From Octopus vulgaris (Eukaryota): 64,000 bases of DNA. Made by a program: the position numbers and the translations under genes. Position 1 is the first letter of the stretch, and every line of letters starts with the position of its first letter. Below, piece after piece: positions 26,386-43,960 of this stretch. The notes under the pieces are model-generated. The model saw only the letters and a program-made list of their open reading frames with translations. It was not told the origin of the DNA and made no database searches. The stretch spans positions 65,720,001-65,784,000 of the forward strand of contig OX597819.1 in the NCBI GenBank assembly GCA_951406725.2. The letters are read 5' to 3'.

Positions 26386-26386
<1 letters not shown>

Positions 26387-26539
26387 TTCTATTGATCATT
26401 CTATCATCTTATATTTTTACGTTTTTCGAACAAAGTGTATCAAGGACTACACTACCCAATGTATCGTTTGTCATTTATGACTTTGTTGAAAACGTGACCG
26501 CCATGGGTGGCTGAGATAAGTGTGTTACTATTGCTATTA

Positions 26540-26599
<60 letters not shown>

Positions 26600-26601
<2 letters not shown>

Positions 26602-26775
26602 GGCGGTGAGCTGGATTAATCTTTAACACACCGAGCAAAATGCTTCGCGATATTACGTCGGCGGCTACGTTCTGAGTTCAAATTCCGCCTAGGTGCCAGT
26701 GAAACACTGGGGTCGATATGATCGACCAGTCTCTTCCCCCAAACTTTCAGGCCTTGTGCCTATAACAGAAGGGAT
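26600..26775 (+). mobile_element. SINE family A with core deletion, inside (ATT)n
   Basis: GAGTTCAAATTCCGCC then CCAGT...CTGGGGTCGAT tail. Confidence 0.8.
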
Positions 26776-26789
26776 TACTATTATTATTA

Positions 26790-26853
<64 letters not shown>

Positions 26854-27009
26854 CTTCATCATCATCATCTTCAACATCGTCATCATCATCATCTTCAACA
26901 TCGTCATCATCATCATCATCATCATCGTTATTATTATTGTTGGTGTTGTTGGTGTTGTTGTTGATGTTGTTGTTGTTGTTATGTTATTTGTTGTTTTTGT
27001 TGTTTAGAC

Positions 27010-27208
27010 TTCTGCTCCCCAACATCTTGTCACTTGCGGAACACTTATATTCTTTCCAAAATACGGCGGCACACCTGAACTAAACATAACTAAAAAGTAC
27101 AGGGTAAAAAAAACAACAAAAAAGCACATTCAGGTTACACTGCGGCACACCTTGCATCGTTTCGTGGCACACCATTGTGCTGCGGCATACCAGCTCTGCA
27201 GCACTGGT
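27010..27208. mobile_element. hAT-like MITE relic
   Basis: Five GCGGCACAC-like subterminal motifs and a ...GCACTG end, typical of hAT non-autonomous elements. Confidence 0.5.
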
Positions 27209-27819
27209 TTTGTCACACGTCAATCTTAATACAAATATCAATGATAGAAAAGCAGTCCAGCCATGACCAGTTAGTCTCAATTTACTCCTTGTTTATAATT
27301 TTAAAAAAAATATAACATACCTAGTATCACTTGACTTAATGTAACCTATATCGGGGACTAAAACATGGCTTGAGGTTGTCTTGCTGCTATTTCTAGTAGT
27401 TTGGTCAACTAATGTAAACATCTCGCCGTTGGGTCACATGGCAAGGTTTTGTGCAAAATGGTGTTAAGTCTTCTATGCAATTTGGCAGCGTTAAATTTTG
27501 GAGGCTGTTGGGGGGGGGGTTATTCATGGTGGGGATGTCGGTGGTGATGGTGATGCTCGTGGATGTCGGTGGTGGTGGTGATGTCGGTGCTGGTAGCGCT
27601 GGTATTGATGATATCGATGGTGGTACTAGTGGTGCTGTTACTGGTAGTATTAATGATGTCGATGGTAGGCGTGGGGGCAGAGCGTATGTGTTTTGAGGGC
27701 GGTGTTGGGTTTTGGTTAATTTTACATTTCGGTTTAGTGTCAGGTTCATCAGATGCCTCAAGGCTTACAAAATCGCATCCTTAAAGCTTCCCAGTGTTTC
27801 CCATAGCAACAAGTTCGAT

Positions 27820-29358
27820 TTCACACACGCACACAAACATACACGTGCACATGCACCCATAAACACACACACACACACAAACACACACAAATATATGCTT
27901 GCACGCGTGCACAAGCGCGCACATACAAACACACACACACACACACAGAAACACACAACCACTCACACACACAAAAACATACACATGTGTGCGCACAAAC
28001 ACACACAAACACAGAAACACTCACACACACACACACACACAAACACAGAAACTCTCACACACAGATGCACACAGATACACACTCATACCATTCTTCTGCT
28101 TCTTTCTCTGCAATAGTAAATGCTTGGAGAAGAGTTGGTTTTTAGGCACGGCGAAGGAGGGGAAGGAGGAAGAGGAGGAAAGAGACGGCGGGGAAAGAAG
28201 GGTTTCGCAATTGGGGGAAGGAAAAAGGTGCTGCGTGAGGGAGTTCTTTCCGGCAGGCATTTACTTTTTAGTTGTTTAATACTTTCTGATTAGACTCCGT
28301 TTTCTTATTGCTGCCGCTGCGACTGCTGCTGCTTCTGCAGCAGTTGTTGTTTTGTTTGTAGTATTGTGTTTGATGCTGATGATAACGGTGGTGATGGTGG
28401 TGATGGTAATGATGATCAAGATACGGATGTCGACGACGATGATGCTGATGATGGTGATGATGATGGTTATGATGACGACGACGTTGAATGTGATGCTTAC
28501 CATTGTGGTGGCTGTAGCAACTAACGGTGGTGATGATGATGATGATTATGATGACAACCATGATGATGACGGCGACGATGATGACAGCGATGATGATGAT
28601 GGTCCTGATGTCTGTGGTGGTGGTGGTGGTGACGGTAGCCGTAGCGACTGCTGTTGGTGGTGATGACGACCATGATGACTATGATGACGATGACGATGAT
28701 GACAGCGATGATGATGATAATGATGATGATGACGATGACGATGATGACAGTGATGATGATAATGGCTGTGGTGGTGGTGGTGGTCATGGTTATGATAACG
28801 GTAGTAATGATGGCATCGATGATGGCAATACTAATGTTGCTATAATTGTTGTAGTTGCTGTTATTGTTGGCAGGGGGGGTGATGGTTGCTGCGGGAGGGG
28901 AAGTAGTAGGATTGTCACTCTCATTGTTTACTCCTATGTTTACTCCAAACCACTCACTTGCTCTTTATTCAATGTCACTCTCACCCTCACCCGACCCCCT
29001 CCACACAAACATACGCACATACACTAGCACACACACATACACACCCATATATATACATATACACACGCACATATATATACGCACACATACACACACATAT
29101 ATATATATATATACATATACACACGCACATATATATATATACGCACACGTACACACACATATATAAATACACACACATACACATATATATATACACACAA
29201 GCACATATATACACACACACGCACACATATATACATACATACACACACACTTATATACATATACACATATATATACACACACCCATATATATATACACAC
29301 GCGCACATATATATACATATATATGCACACACACAAACATATATGTATACACACACAA

Positions 29359-29401
<43 letters not shown>

Positions 29402-30960
29402 CTTACATACATACACACAAACACGCACACGTACTTATGCACTCATACGGTAACTCACATACATACACACACACACACAGCCAAACACTCACACAAACAG
29501 GAACAGACATAGATGAAAATATACCAAAGCTTTTACATACACGACCATCTCTTACAAACATATACACATATATTACGTATATATGTATATCCGTTACGTA
29601 CATAATACACATATACACATGATAATATTAGGAACATTATATACACAAACGCATTACAGGCATACCACACACCACCTCGCTCAAGCATCATCACTCTCTT
29701 CCCCCGCCAGAATCCTCTTCTCTTAGGCATCATTCATCTATCCGTTGTTTCGTCTATCCGCCCACACATTCTAGCTGCACTGCCAAGAAAATTATACGGA
29801 AGAACGTCAACAACGAGAAACAAAACAATAATAATGGCAACAGAAAACTGACAAAAGAAAAGGAACAAACCAACACCAAACAACAGCAAAAATCAAATAA
29901 AAAAAATCAAATACGACAGCAAAGAGATAGTTATAGCTAGAAAAATGAAAAAAAAAATAAAACACGAAAAAAGAAAAAAAAATGATTTCAGAAAAAAAAA
30001 ATTAACGAAAATAATAACCGTTTCTTTTGCCCGTTTATTTATCAAAAAAGCCATCACCCGAAATATCATAGCTAGCATGATGGTGATGATGATCATCATC
30101 ATGATCATCGTCATGATCATCGTCATAATCGTCCTCATTTTCGTCGACATCATCATCAACATCATCATCATCACTATCGTCAACGCTATCATAATCATCA
30201 CCGCCGAACCCACCATCCCCACCACCACCACCACCACCAACACCATCATCATAAACAGCACCGTCGAAACCACCGTCATCTTCACCGTCGTCGTTGTCAT
30301 CATCATTATTAATATCATCACCATCATTATCATCAGCAGCAGCAGCATCACAATCATCATCATTATCATCATCACCATCACTCTCGTCACCCTCATCATC
30401 ATCATAATCATTTTCACGTTCATCATCACCAGCATCACCACCACTACCTCCACCATCGCCGCCGCCATCATCATAATCATCAAATTCATCATCCTCATCA
30501 CTATCATCATCATCATCACCACAACCATCACCGCCACCACCACCACCTTCACCACCAGCACAATAATAATTATCATCATCATTATAATAATCATCATCAT
30601 AATCAACAGCCCATCACCATGGGCAGCATCAGTAATAACAACATCGTGAACATCCCAATCCTCCTCTCCATCCGCAACCATCGGCATCGACTTCGTCCTT
30701 CGCCTGTCATAGTAGCTGCTATGACCGTCATTAAGTCCGTCATTGTTACCACCATTATATTAAAATTCATGGAATTCATCACCAGATTTATAATCATATG
30801 TCATTAACCAGAAAAAAACAAACAAACATTACCGTCATCAGTGTCATCACCATCATCATCAGTATCATCAACGTCATCATAGATGTCATCATCAATCATC
30901 TTCATCGTCGCCGTCATCCTCCCTCACAGCCCTGACCTCATCTTCATCCCCATCACCATC
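27820..30960. repeat. About 3 kb mosaic of (CA)n, (TA/CA)n and cryptic (GAT/GGT)/(CAT/CAC) simple repeats with short unique islands
   Basis: Directly visible; explains the 264, 234, 184 and 166-aa low-complexity ORFs. Confidence 0.9.
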
Positions 30961-31949
30961 ATAATTTTCAATGTATGAAGGAAAACCTTCCGTAAAACAG
31001 TTTGCGAAGTATAGAGACATACATACACACATACACACATACATACAAACATAGATACTTGCATACATACATATATGCAAACACACATACATAGGCACAT
31101 ACATATATTAATATATACGTGTACACTTGCTGCAAACATACATACATACATACATACATAACACACTGCCTATATACCAATCTTGAGAAATTTGGCTTCT
31201 CAATACCAGAAAGGATCCAATCCATCACTGGAACTGTAAAAATCTGTAAAACTTTCGAAAAGTTTATCATTTAAATGTATATGAAGATGTCTAGATATGC
31301 AACTATATGCATGAGAATACATACATAAAGCAAAACATACAAATCTTTACACCCACCTACATACATACATACATACATACAAACACAACAACATGTTGTT
31401 GATGTTGAAATTCCAATGAAAGAGCCTTAAATCTAGGTTAGAAATATTGAATTAAAACTGAATAATGACATACATACATACCCACATATATATATACACA
31501 CAATCATACATGCATACATTTACACCCACACACGCATAGAAAGCCGACAATTGTTTCAACATATTTAGATACACAAAATCTCATTAACATATCCTTATCT
31601 AATTATATTGGTACAACAGAAGCAATTGTCGGCTTTGTATGGTGAATTCGACAATTAACGATGCGATATTCTCTAACCATACACACATAGATGCAAAAGT
31701 GAAGCCTGTTTAATACATCCTCTTGAACAAAATTTTATATAAATTCTATAAACAATAGTAATTCCACAAGTATATCCAGCATATGAAACAACTCTGCTGT
31801 ATGATCGCCTATAACCGCTGCTGATAACCGTATAGAAACCGTAAAATGCACGTTTTGCGGTTATTACCCAGATAATATCGAATATATATATGTCTATATA
31901 TATATACTGGATTAGAATTGGAATGCCATGTTGCATTTCAATGTGTAAA

Positions 31950-32960
31950 AGAATCGAAATACACTTCAGTGGTTTTGTTATAACATAATTCGTTCCATTT
32001 GACAAATTTTTTGACCTCTCGGGTGCAATATTCTTCAGGTTTCAATGCAAACAATTACTCACTATCGTTTTCAATCTCTCCCTATTTAATAAACTGTTTC
32101 CCCTTAAAATAATGTTGGAACTATCTGAGAAGTCGATTATTTAGACGGAGCAAGGCGAGGAGAGTAGATACGATGAATCATAACTTCCATGTTTTGTTCC
32201 ATAATTTTTCCTAATAGACTGGGGTAATATGTGGTCTTGAATTATCGTTTAAGAGCAATAGCTCTTTAAGATTGACAAAGGTGGGTGCTTTTTCCGAAAA
32301 GTCTTGTGCCAAGATTCAATTGAGACCTTACATCTCTGCATTTACTCTTTCGCATAGGTTTCATTATTCATGATAGACGAAACCGTTCATATCCCACCAG
32401 ACACAGAGCATAACATTTTCAGGTGTATATCTGGTTTGGAAAACGATTCCATTATTTCTTTGGGGGCTAATCATTGTCGCTTTCGTTGGATATAATAATA
32501 GATAACCAAGTTTTCACCACGTGTGATGCCTCTACCCAACAAAGATTCGATAGCTAGTCAAGTCTTGAATGATGAGCAGAGGGAAACTTTTTGATTAAGC
32601 TAAGAGAAAAATCAGATGCTGAGGAACCCACTCGACAAGATTAGACAGATTTTCTACTTCACGAAGGTGTTTTACATTCTAAATATCTCTTGTCTTGGTT
32701 CTATTTGCTAATTCTCCTGTAGATGCTTGCCATGGTTTTACATTGAGCGCGGATTTTAGAAGCTAATTGGTTGTCTAGATTGATGGATATCGTCACGGAA
32801 AAAGTTTCCCTGACGAATCTGAACCCATCGCCGTTAGCATTTATTGATAGTTAAAGCTTCATTTCCATGGACAGAACGAACATTTCTTGCCGCTTCCATT
32901 GCTGAAGACATTCTTTTGAATTCATATATAATGCCTCCTATAGGCCTGATCTAACCGTAT
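31950..32960 (-). pseudogene. Near full-length decayed mariner (Tc1/mariner) transposase
   Basis: Minus-strand translation gives, in order: YEFKRMSSAMEAARNV (HTH), WVPQHL (WVPHEL), ITRGENLVIY (TGDEKW), NDNSRPH (HDNARPH), YSPRLAPS (YSPDLAPSD), LFALKPEEY; multiple stops and frameshifts. Confidence 0.85.
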
Positions 32961-33193
32961 TTTGAAAGGGTAATATCTATACCAACATAACAACCATGGC
33001 ATACAGTAATATAAAAAAAAGAAGAAAAATCTGGAGAATGTAAGCATTGCAGGTCATTTTACTAGAAGTAGGAGAAATTTATCCTTAAACTGATCATGTA
33101 AAAGATGCGACAGGAATTTTTACAACCTAATATGGATTGCATGTGTGTATATATATATGTGTTTATATAAATGTACATGTGTGTGTGCGTGTG

Positions 33194-33243
<50 letters not shown>

Positions 33244-34000
33244 TAATAGATATACACACATACGTGTGTGTGTGTATAAGGGTTTAGACGTTGGCAAGTG
33301 TCACGTACGAAACTCTCGACACCTGAGTCACTATTATCATTCTGCAATTAAATATTCAGCGCATATGTGTGTGTGTTTGTATGTGTGTGTGTTTGTGTGT
33401 GTGTGATGTGCGTGCGTGTGAGTGCTGATGCGGTCGGGTACGAGTCTAAGCAGATAATTGCTTAGTGTATCCTTGTGAACGGTAGAATTTCGTTAACGAT
33501 AAATCAATAAGATGCTCTCGCGTCACCCTCTCCCTGCAGCTATGTAGCATGTTCATTTGACACGAAACATTGGTAATACTTTGACCTTTTTTTTTACTAT
33601 ATTCATGTGTGCGTGCGTGCGTGTGCGAGTGTGTGTGGTTGTGCGTGTGTATGTGTATGTGTGTGTGTGTGTGTGTGTGTAGTGTGTGAATAATTAGATT
33701 TTTACAAGTATAAACTAGCACCAAACCGGCAAACGTTGGGACTATCTATCGTGTGTTATTAAAAACCTGTCTATAATGTAATATTCTTCGATTTTGCTGT
33801 GGTATTTTCAACGTTAGTTATCATCATCATCATCATCATCATCATCGCCACCACCAGCAACAGTTAGCCCACACACTACCCACCTCGTCAATTTCACCAT
33901 CGTCGTCGACATTATTATCATCATCATCATCGTCAGTATCTTCAATATAATCATCATGACCATCACCATCATCATTATCGTTACCATCATCATCTACATC

Positions 34001-34032
<32 letters not shown>

Positions 34033-34069
34033 CATCTCCAACATCATCATATGTGGGCGTAGTTTTTTG

Positions 34070-34250
34070 TGCCTGCGTTTGTCCTCCATCATCTCTTGAC
34101 AACTGGTATTAATTTGTTCACGTGGGCGTATGTTAGCGGTTCGGCAAAAGTGACCATTAGAATAAGTAGTAGGCTTTAAAAAGAAAAAAAGAATCCTGGG
34201 GTAAACTATTTGGAGTAAATTTTGAAAAACTCTTCATACCGGTACTCCAG
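34070..34250 (+). mobile_element. SINE family B 3' half
   Basis: TTAGCGGTTCGGCAAAAG...AGAATAAGTA. Confidence 0.7.
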
Positions 34251-34335
34251 TACCTCTTCATATGTATGTATCATATGTATATATCTATATCTACACACAC
34301 ACACACACTCACACACACATATATATATATATGTA

Positions 34336-34367
<32 letters not shown>

Positions 34368-35369
34368 TGTATGTATATATATTATATATATATATATCCA
34401 TATACGAGGAATTGTTGCAAAGATCCTGACTTTGTGTAAAAGAAAATAGTGTATGATTTCCCTCTCAGTTTCAAATTTGATCTGGCGATCGCATCTCCGC
34501 CTTTCCTAATTGCATTTAGTATGCTGGCTCTCAGGAAAGTTCTGTTAATTGTGATGTAATGATCATGTAATTTGTAATGCTGCTAGTATGTCACTTCTGT
34601 AGATCACACTGATGTCAATATTCAGGTGTTAATTTTCTCCTGATGCCACAAGACATAAGTGTCAATTTGTTCCTCTAGCAATTATTTAGCACCACAATAT
34701 GGATGGGTTTGTCTCTTATTATGCATTGTCTTCCGTTATTATTCCCCAGATTAAGGACATCCGAACACTTTTCATTTTCGTCAGAGTTTAGGCTATATTT
34801 TCACTAAGTACTCACTATTTATGCACATGAATAATTAATTAGATTTCATTTTGTTACTGAATATACAAAATTCTTACAATTTTGTGAGTTTTGATGGCTG
34901 TTAGTGAAAGAGCGGTGAAATACGTTGTACTCTACAGCAGCAAATTACATATACGACTCGGTTTGTAGCGGTAGTTGAATGTTCACCCTTGCAAGAAAGA
35001 TTATAGAGTAACCACCCTTTCGAAGTTTCTCGAAGCATCTCTGTTATGAGACGTGACTCTTAATTATTCAAGATGCTTAGCGTTTCTCTTGGAAGTTTCT
35101 AGAATGTCTAGCGTTCCATTAATAAAAGCAGTGTATTAACCCAGCTCTTCTCTTCTTAGTCGATTAGACTAAGAGCCATTCATGTGATTGTTATGTCCGT
35201 CTATTTCTCTTCGTCACATGACTGAAAACCACCACTTAGCTGTTATTTCTACATTTTCTGTCTCTGAGCTTTCTTGCAAAGATTACTTCATTCAACTAGA
35301 TTCTACGTTATGATTCTATGTATCATCATCGACCAGTAATAGAATATATTTTTATGTAGTAAATATTTA

Positions 35370-35460
35370 AGCACTGGGATTGATGTAATCGACTTAATCT
35401 CTGTGCCCGTCCTTGTTTGCCCACTCTATGTTTAACCCCTTGTGGGCAATAAAGAAATAA
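35370..35460 (+). mobile_element. SINE family A long tail only
   Basis: AATCGACTTAATC...CCCCTTGTGGGCAATAAAGAAATA. Confidence 0.75.
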
Positions 35461-35769
35461 ATGTCCTATTATTTAAGAGAACCATGTATGATTTCAGTAG
35501 GATTTGTTGCTATTTCTATCGAGGTGGACGACCATATAAATGCTTCCTTCCCCGACGACTGTTTTTGCTTTAATTGCCATTATTGCTTTTGTTGCTTTTG
35601 CTGTTGTTGTTGGTGGTGGTGGTGATAATCGTTGGAGCATTATTGAATATGGCTGTTGTGATATTGTAAAGGGCATTAATGGTAAATGTAATGTTTGACG
35701 TATTTTATGGTGAAAGTATTGGCGCTAGTGTTGGTGTGGTAGCAGTGGTAGCTGTAGTTACGTTAGTAA

Positions 35770-35800
<31 letters not shown>

Positions 35801-36295
35801 TGTTGTTGTTGTGTTAGTGGTGGTGATAAAATTCAAACCTAGTGGTGCGTTGTTTTTCAAACTTTTATCATGTGCCAAGTTTTAATTTGCCGGTTTATCA
35901 GGAGCCAAGTTTTATTTGGTATCTACATAACCTGAGAGATGAGCACCGTTCCGGTAGAACTCAGTAATCCGTAAAGGGATTATTATAGTTTTAATGTTCG
36001 TTAGTAAAATAAAATGAAGGTAACTAGAAGAAAAATGGCTGCTCGTTTCTTCTGTAATGTTCCACCTATTCATTCCAACCGGCTTACTGAATTAGGATCG
36101 AGAAAGTTTAAGTTTCAAAGGGCCTCTATTGTTTGATATATTATAGGGAAATCCGAATAAAACCGACGGATCTAAGCACATGCACACAACTGCTGATACA
36201 TATTGAATGCCAAAACAATCTCGAACATACAGTTTCGAATCACACGCACATCTGTACTAAAGGGACATGATTACCTACTACACGAGCGAACACAT

Positions 36296-36700
36296 AGGTG
36301 CAGGAGTGGCTGTGTGGTAAGTAGCTTGCTTACCAACCACTTGGTTCCGGGTTCAGTCCCACTGCGTGGCACTTTGGGTAAGTGTCTTCTACTATAGCCT
36401 AGGGCTGACCAAAGCCTTGTGAGTGGATTTGGTAGACGGAAACTGAAAGAAACCCATTGTATATATGTACATATATATATATATATGTATGTATCTGTGT
36501 TTGTCCCCCCAACATCGCTTGACAACAGATGCTGGTGTGTTTACGTCCCCGTAAGTTAGCGGTACGGCAAAAGAGACCGATGGATAAGTACTGGGCTTAC
36601 AAAGAATAAGTCCTGGGATCGATTTGCTCGACTAAAGGCGGTGCACCAGCATGGCCGCAGTCACATGACTGAAACAAGTAAAAAAGTAAAAGAGTAAGAG
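36296..36700 (+). mobile_element. SINE family B, full length
   Basis: GGAGTGGCTGTGTGGTAAG A-box-like, GGTTCAGTCCC B-box-like, CORE-like domain, tail GAAACAAGTAAAA. Confidence 0.92.
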
Positions 36701-37358
36701 TATGCACACACTCACACACACATACACACAGTTACACACATATTCACGCATTCACACACACACACTCGTACACACATAGGAACATACGTGAACTTATCAA
36801 CCAATTCACAAGTTGATAGGTTACTTCAATAAACCCTGGAAGATCAGTATTAGAGAATTATGGGAACGTCAAACGTGCTAGAAATCGCAGGGAAAAGATT
36901 TACTTGGTATTTTAGAGTACTATTCAAATATACGCAAATGACCATTACATCATGTAGACAAAAGCGGAACACAAGCCTCGTAAAAGATATTATCAAGGCT
37001 GGGACTCCAGTGATTTGTTAGTATTCCCGGTTAGAGCTCAAGTAAGGCTACACAACATTAATAATAATAAAATATTCATAAGATCTGAGACGAAATTAAA
37101 TTAAAGCAGGATCTACAGCGTAAGGTGCTTTAGCTTAGCGACGTACAAAAGGTAAAAAAAAAAAATTGTAAAAAAAAAAAAAAACACACATTTGGTTATT
37201 AAATACGAAGCAGAAATCGAATATTGCAACAATATTCATGGCAAACTTGGAACCATTAAAATAGCGAAAAAGAGTAATGTTTTGTTATTGAGAAGCCTAT
37301 ATTGACATACTTTAAATATTTACTTCACGCAGCTTAAACCTTTCCACAAAGGCACACA

Positions 37359-40420
<3,062 letters not shown>

Positions 40421-41779
40421 TCACCCACTCACAACTAGACATGTTTTTTTATCTAATATAAGCACCGGTTTTAAACTGTTGTCAGTTGCAACTCGAAATC
40501 TGAAGGCTATTTTTTTCACTAGAAACCTTTATTACGTTATATTGACTTTTATTAGAAATGTGGCTGATGAAGAACCCAAAACTACAACGATAACAACAAC
40601 AACTACCACTACTATTGTTGTCAATTTTCTTATCATCATCATCATCAGCAGCAGCAATAGCCTCATCATCATTAATAACAACAACAACCACAATGACAAC
40701 CTCGACTCCATGGTGATTGCAATTGCTTGTTGTGAATCTTCGTTTTCCATCGGTCTCCACTTAGGATGTAGTTTCTCCGTTATATATTTTAAGACGCCCT
40801 CCTCCTCCTTTTTCTTTTGCCACCAGGGGTTCTGCTAATATTCCAGCACCCAATATAGCACTTACCTGTACAAAAGAATCTGTGCCCTTCGACTATGTTT
40901 AGAGTAGACATTGTATCACTACAACTTATATCATAATGAATCAAATAAGACTACAAGTATGGCGGTTTAGAGTTGCTGTCTACAATGACGTTAGAAGCAA
41001 CTACGTCTTCTCACATTCTTGGTGGCCAAAACGATTCCGGATTAGTTATAGTAGGAAGCTTTTCACTATATATATGTGTATATATATACACTTAATATAA
41101 AATAGTGTACATTTAAACACAAGAGAAATCTACATTTAACAGATCATTTTTTACACGCTAGAAGAAGCAGTCAAAACTACCAAAACCACATTTAAGAGCA
41201 ATTTTCGGAGGGAATGAAAAATAAGAACTTTTACGGTTATGCCTAGGTTTTAGATTTCTTCAGCAAATATTTACGAATAATTATATTGATACATATATAG
41301 ATGTATACATATCTATACATACAAATTCACATGTATATGTATAGATATGTATTTGTATACATATCTGTACATATACACATATATGTATATACATATACAT
41401 ATCTGCACATATACACATATATGTATATACATATACATATATATATATATATATTTATATACACACACACATATATATATGAATGGATGGATATATATAT
41501 GTATATATGTGTGTGTGTGTGTGTGTGAGTAGATAAATATATATGCATATGTGTGTGTGTGTGTGAGAGAGAGTAGATAAATATTATATATGCATATATG
41601 TATGTATATGCCAATTCTTTAAATATTTGGATTATTTTATAGCTTCCATGTCATGGTTTACCGAACGTTCATATTTAATGACTCCATTGGGCTTTTTACG
41701 AGCCGATACTCCATTCTGCTTTCAAAGGTATTAACCGGTTTTAGGGTTTCGAAAATATTTTTCCAGTTGAAACACCAAA

Positions 41780-42060
41780 TTGGGTGACAGCTTGATATCA
41801 TGAATATATAGGTAGTTGCGAATAATGGTCCTTTCGGACATTGCAACCATTGATTGCACATTTTAATGCCGCTCGTAATATAAGAACGAGTAAAACACGA
41901 AAGAAGTGAAAGCGAGCCTCTTTAGAACAATATCATTTTTATACGAGTTTTAGCAGATTATTTGATAATTCTGTTGTGATTTAACACAAAGTATATTTCC
42001 CATTGTGGCATTTTCCCAATTTTCATGAATTCTTTTAGCATTGTGGATAATTCCAACACC
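41780..42060 (-). pseudogene. Possible Penelope-like GIY-YIG C-terminal remnant
   Basis: Minus TTELSNNLLKLV...SGIKMCNQWL loosely resembles PLE STELSK.IW.LK...KKCNLCL; very decayed. Confidence 0.3.
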
Positions 42061-42255
42061 CTTATTTAATGACGTGTCTCTCAGTGTAATACAATATCTT
42101 ATACTCTTTTAGTCTATCCTGTCAGCATATACATCGACTGTTTGTGTTGGTGGTTTTCTCACATTGCTTTATTTATCAGTAGCTGGTCTTTACAAACATA
42201 AACTTTTCTTCTAATCGTTCTTTTCCTTCCAATTTATGTATTATTATAATTATTC

Positions 42256-42690
42256 TTTTCTACTCTAGGCACAAGATTCGAAATGTTGTTGGGGGGGGGG
42301 GGGGGGTTGGCAGTCGATTAGCTCGACTCCAGTACACAACTGGTACATAATTTTTCGATCTAGAAAGGATGAAAGGCAAAGTCGACCTCGGCTGATTTTG
42401 AACGGACAAAATGCCGCTTAGCATTTCGTCCGGCGTGCTAAAGTTTCTGCCAGCTCGCCACCTATTCCTCAACAAAATATTCGTTTTTACTCTAAGCATA
42501 AGGCCCGAAATTTTGGGAGGGGGCCAGTTGATTAGATCGACCCCAATACGCAACTGGTACTTATTTTATCGACCCCAAAAGGATGAAAAGCAAACTCGAC
42601 CTGGGGGGAATTTGAACTCAGAACTTAAAGACAGACGAAATACTGCTAAGCATTACACCCGGCGTGCTAATGTTTCTGCCAGCTCGCTGA
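42256..42690 (-). mobile_element. Two tandem SINE family A copies (42256-42462, 42485-42690)
   Basis: Each has a CTGCCAGCTCGC head (plus view) and an AAGGATGAAA core. Confidence 0.88.
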
Positions 42691-42864
42691 CTTTGTATTA
42701 TTATAATTATTGATCATTATTCAATAGAGATGAATCCGTAGGTTCTATGGACAATCGTTACGAGACAGCGTTCGTAACTCGGGGGGTTTTCTAGTTTAAG
42801 CCGCTACTTTTCGAAATCCAGAGGTCACAGCCCCGGTATGGTGAACTTGCGATAAGAATTACGC

Positions 42865-43072
42865 ATGAAAGAATCGGACAACAAGAGACCTGGAGGTTGG
42901 TCAAGAACAAGAATGTTGCATAATATCCATGGTCTTAGTTGGTCATGCTTGGGAATGCAACTAGAACGTGTAATAACAGTTGCTTCTGCTACAACCGTAT
43001 GGAGGATCTAATTGAACATCTACTCCTACCAGCCTCTCTGGAAAAGTGGGCAGAGAAAATGGCTAGATAGAT
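42865..43072 (+). pseudogene. RTE-clade (Expander/Rex3-like) LINE 3' remnant
   Basis: KRPGGWSRTRMLHNIHGLSWSCLGMQLERVITVASATTVWR resembles RPRGRPRTRW.D....L.W..LGI.......VA.....W; ends in TAGA repeats. Confidence 0.55.
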
Positions 43073-43429
43073 TCTTTTCATAGTTTTATTCAAATATCTA
43101 CTACACAAATTTGTACACAACTATGTTCTTGTGCTGTGTGTGTAGCATTGCTTCTTTTGGGGGAATGTTCAAATGTCTTCGTATACAACATCTCATTTGT
43201 TTTGCTCGAAGCAATATTGTAGCAGAGCAAATGCACAGTGAATTATTTTCTTAGATGCTGATTAGATATTGTATGTGTTGGTGTAATTGACGATTAGTGT
43301 ATTGGTAAGTGATGCTCTGTGGAATATGCAATTCGCTGGTTTGTGTTCTACGCTACTCATTTAATTTGGAGCTGACCACAACATATTATTGTCGTTATAA
43401 TTGTTATTAAAATTATGCTTATTAGAGAG

Positions 43430-43603
43430 GAAAGCTGGTAGAATAGATAGTAGGCCGGACAAAATGCTTCGCGGCAATTTGTCCGCCTTCACATTCTGAG
43501 TTCAAGTTTCGCAGAGGTCGACTTTGCCTTTCATCCCTTCAGAGTCGATAAAATAAATTCCAGTTGAACACTGGGGTGGATATAATCGACTCACCCCTCA
43601 CTC
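43430..43603 (+). mobile_element. SINE family A
   Basis: GAGGTCGACTTTGCCTTTCATCC core. Confidence 0.8.
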
Positions 43604-43606
43604 CCG

Positions 43607-43957
<351 letters not shown>

Positions 43958-43960
<3 letters not shown>

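Noticed and set aside
29893-30687. 264-aa and 234-aa hydrophobic ORFs
   Set aside because: Cryptic CAT/CAC trinucleotide repeat, open on both strands for compositional reasons
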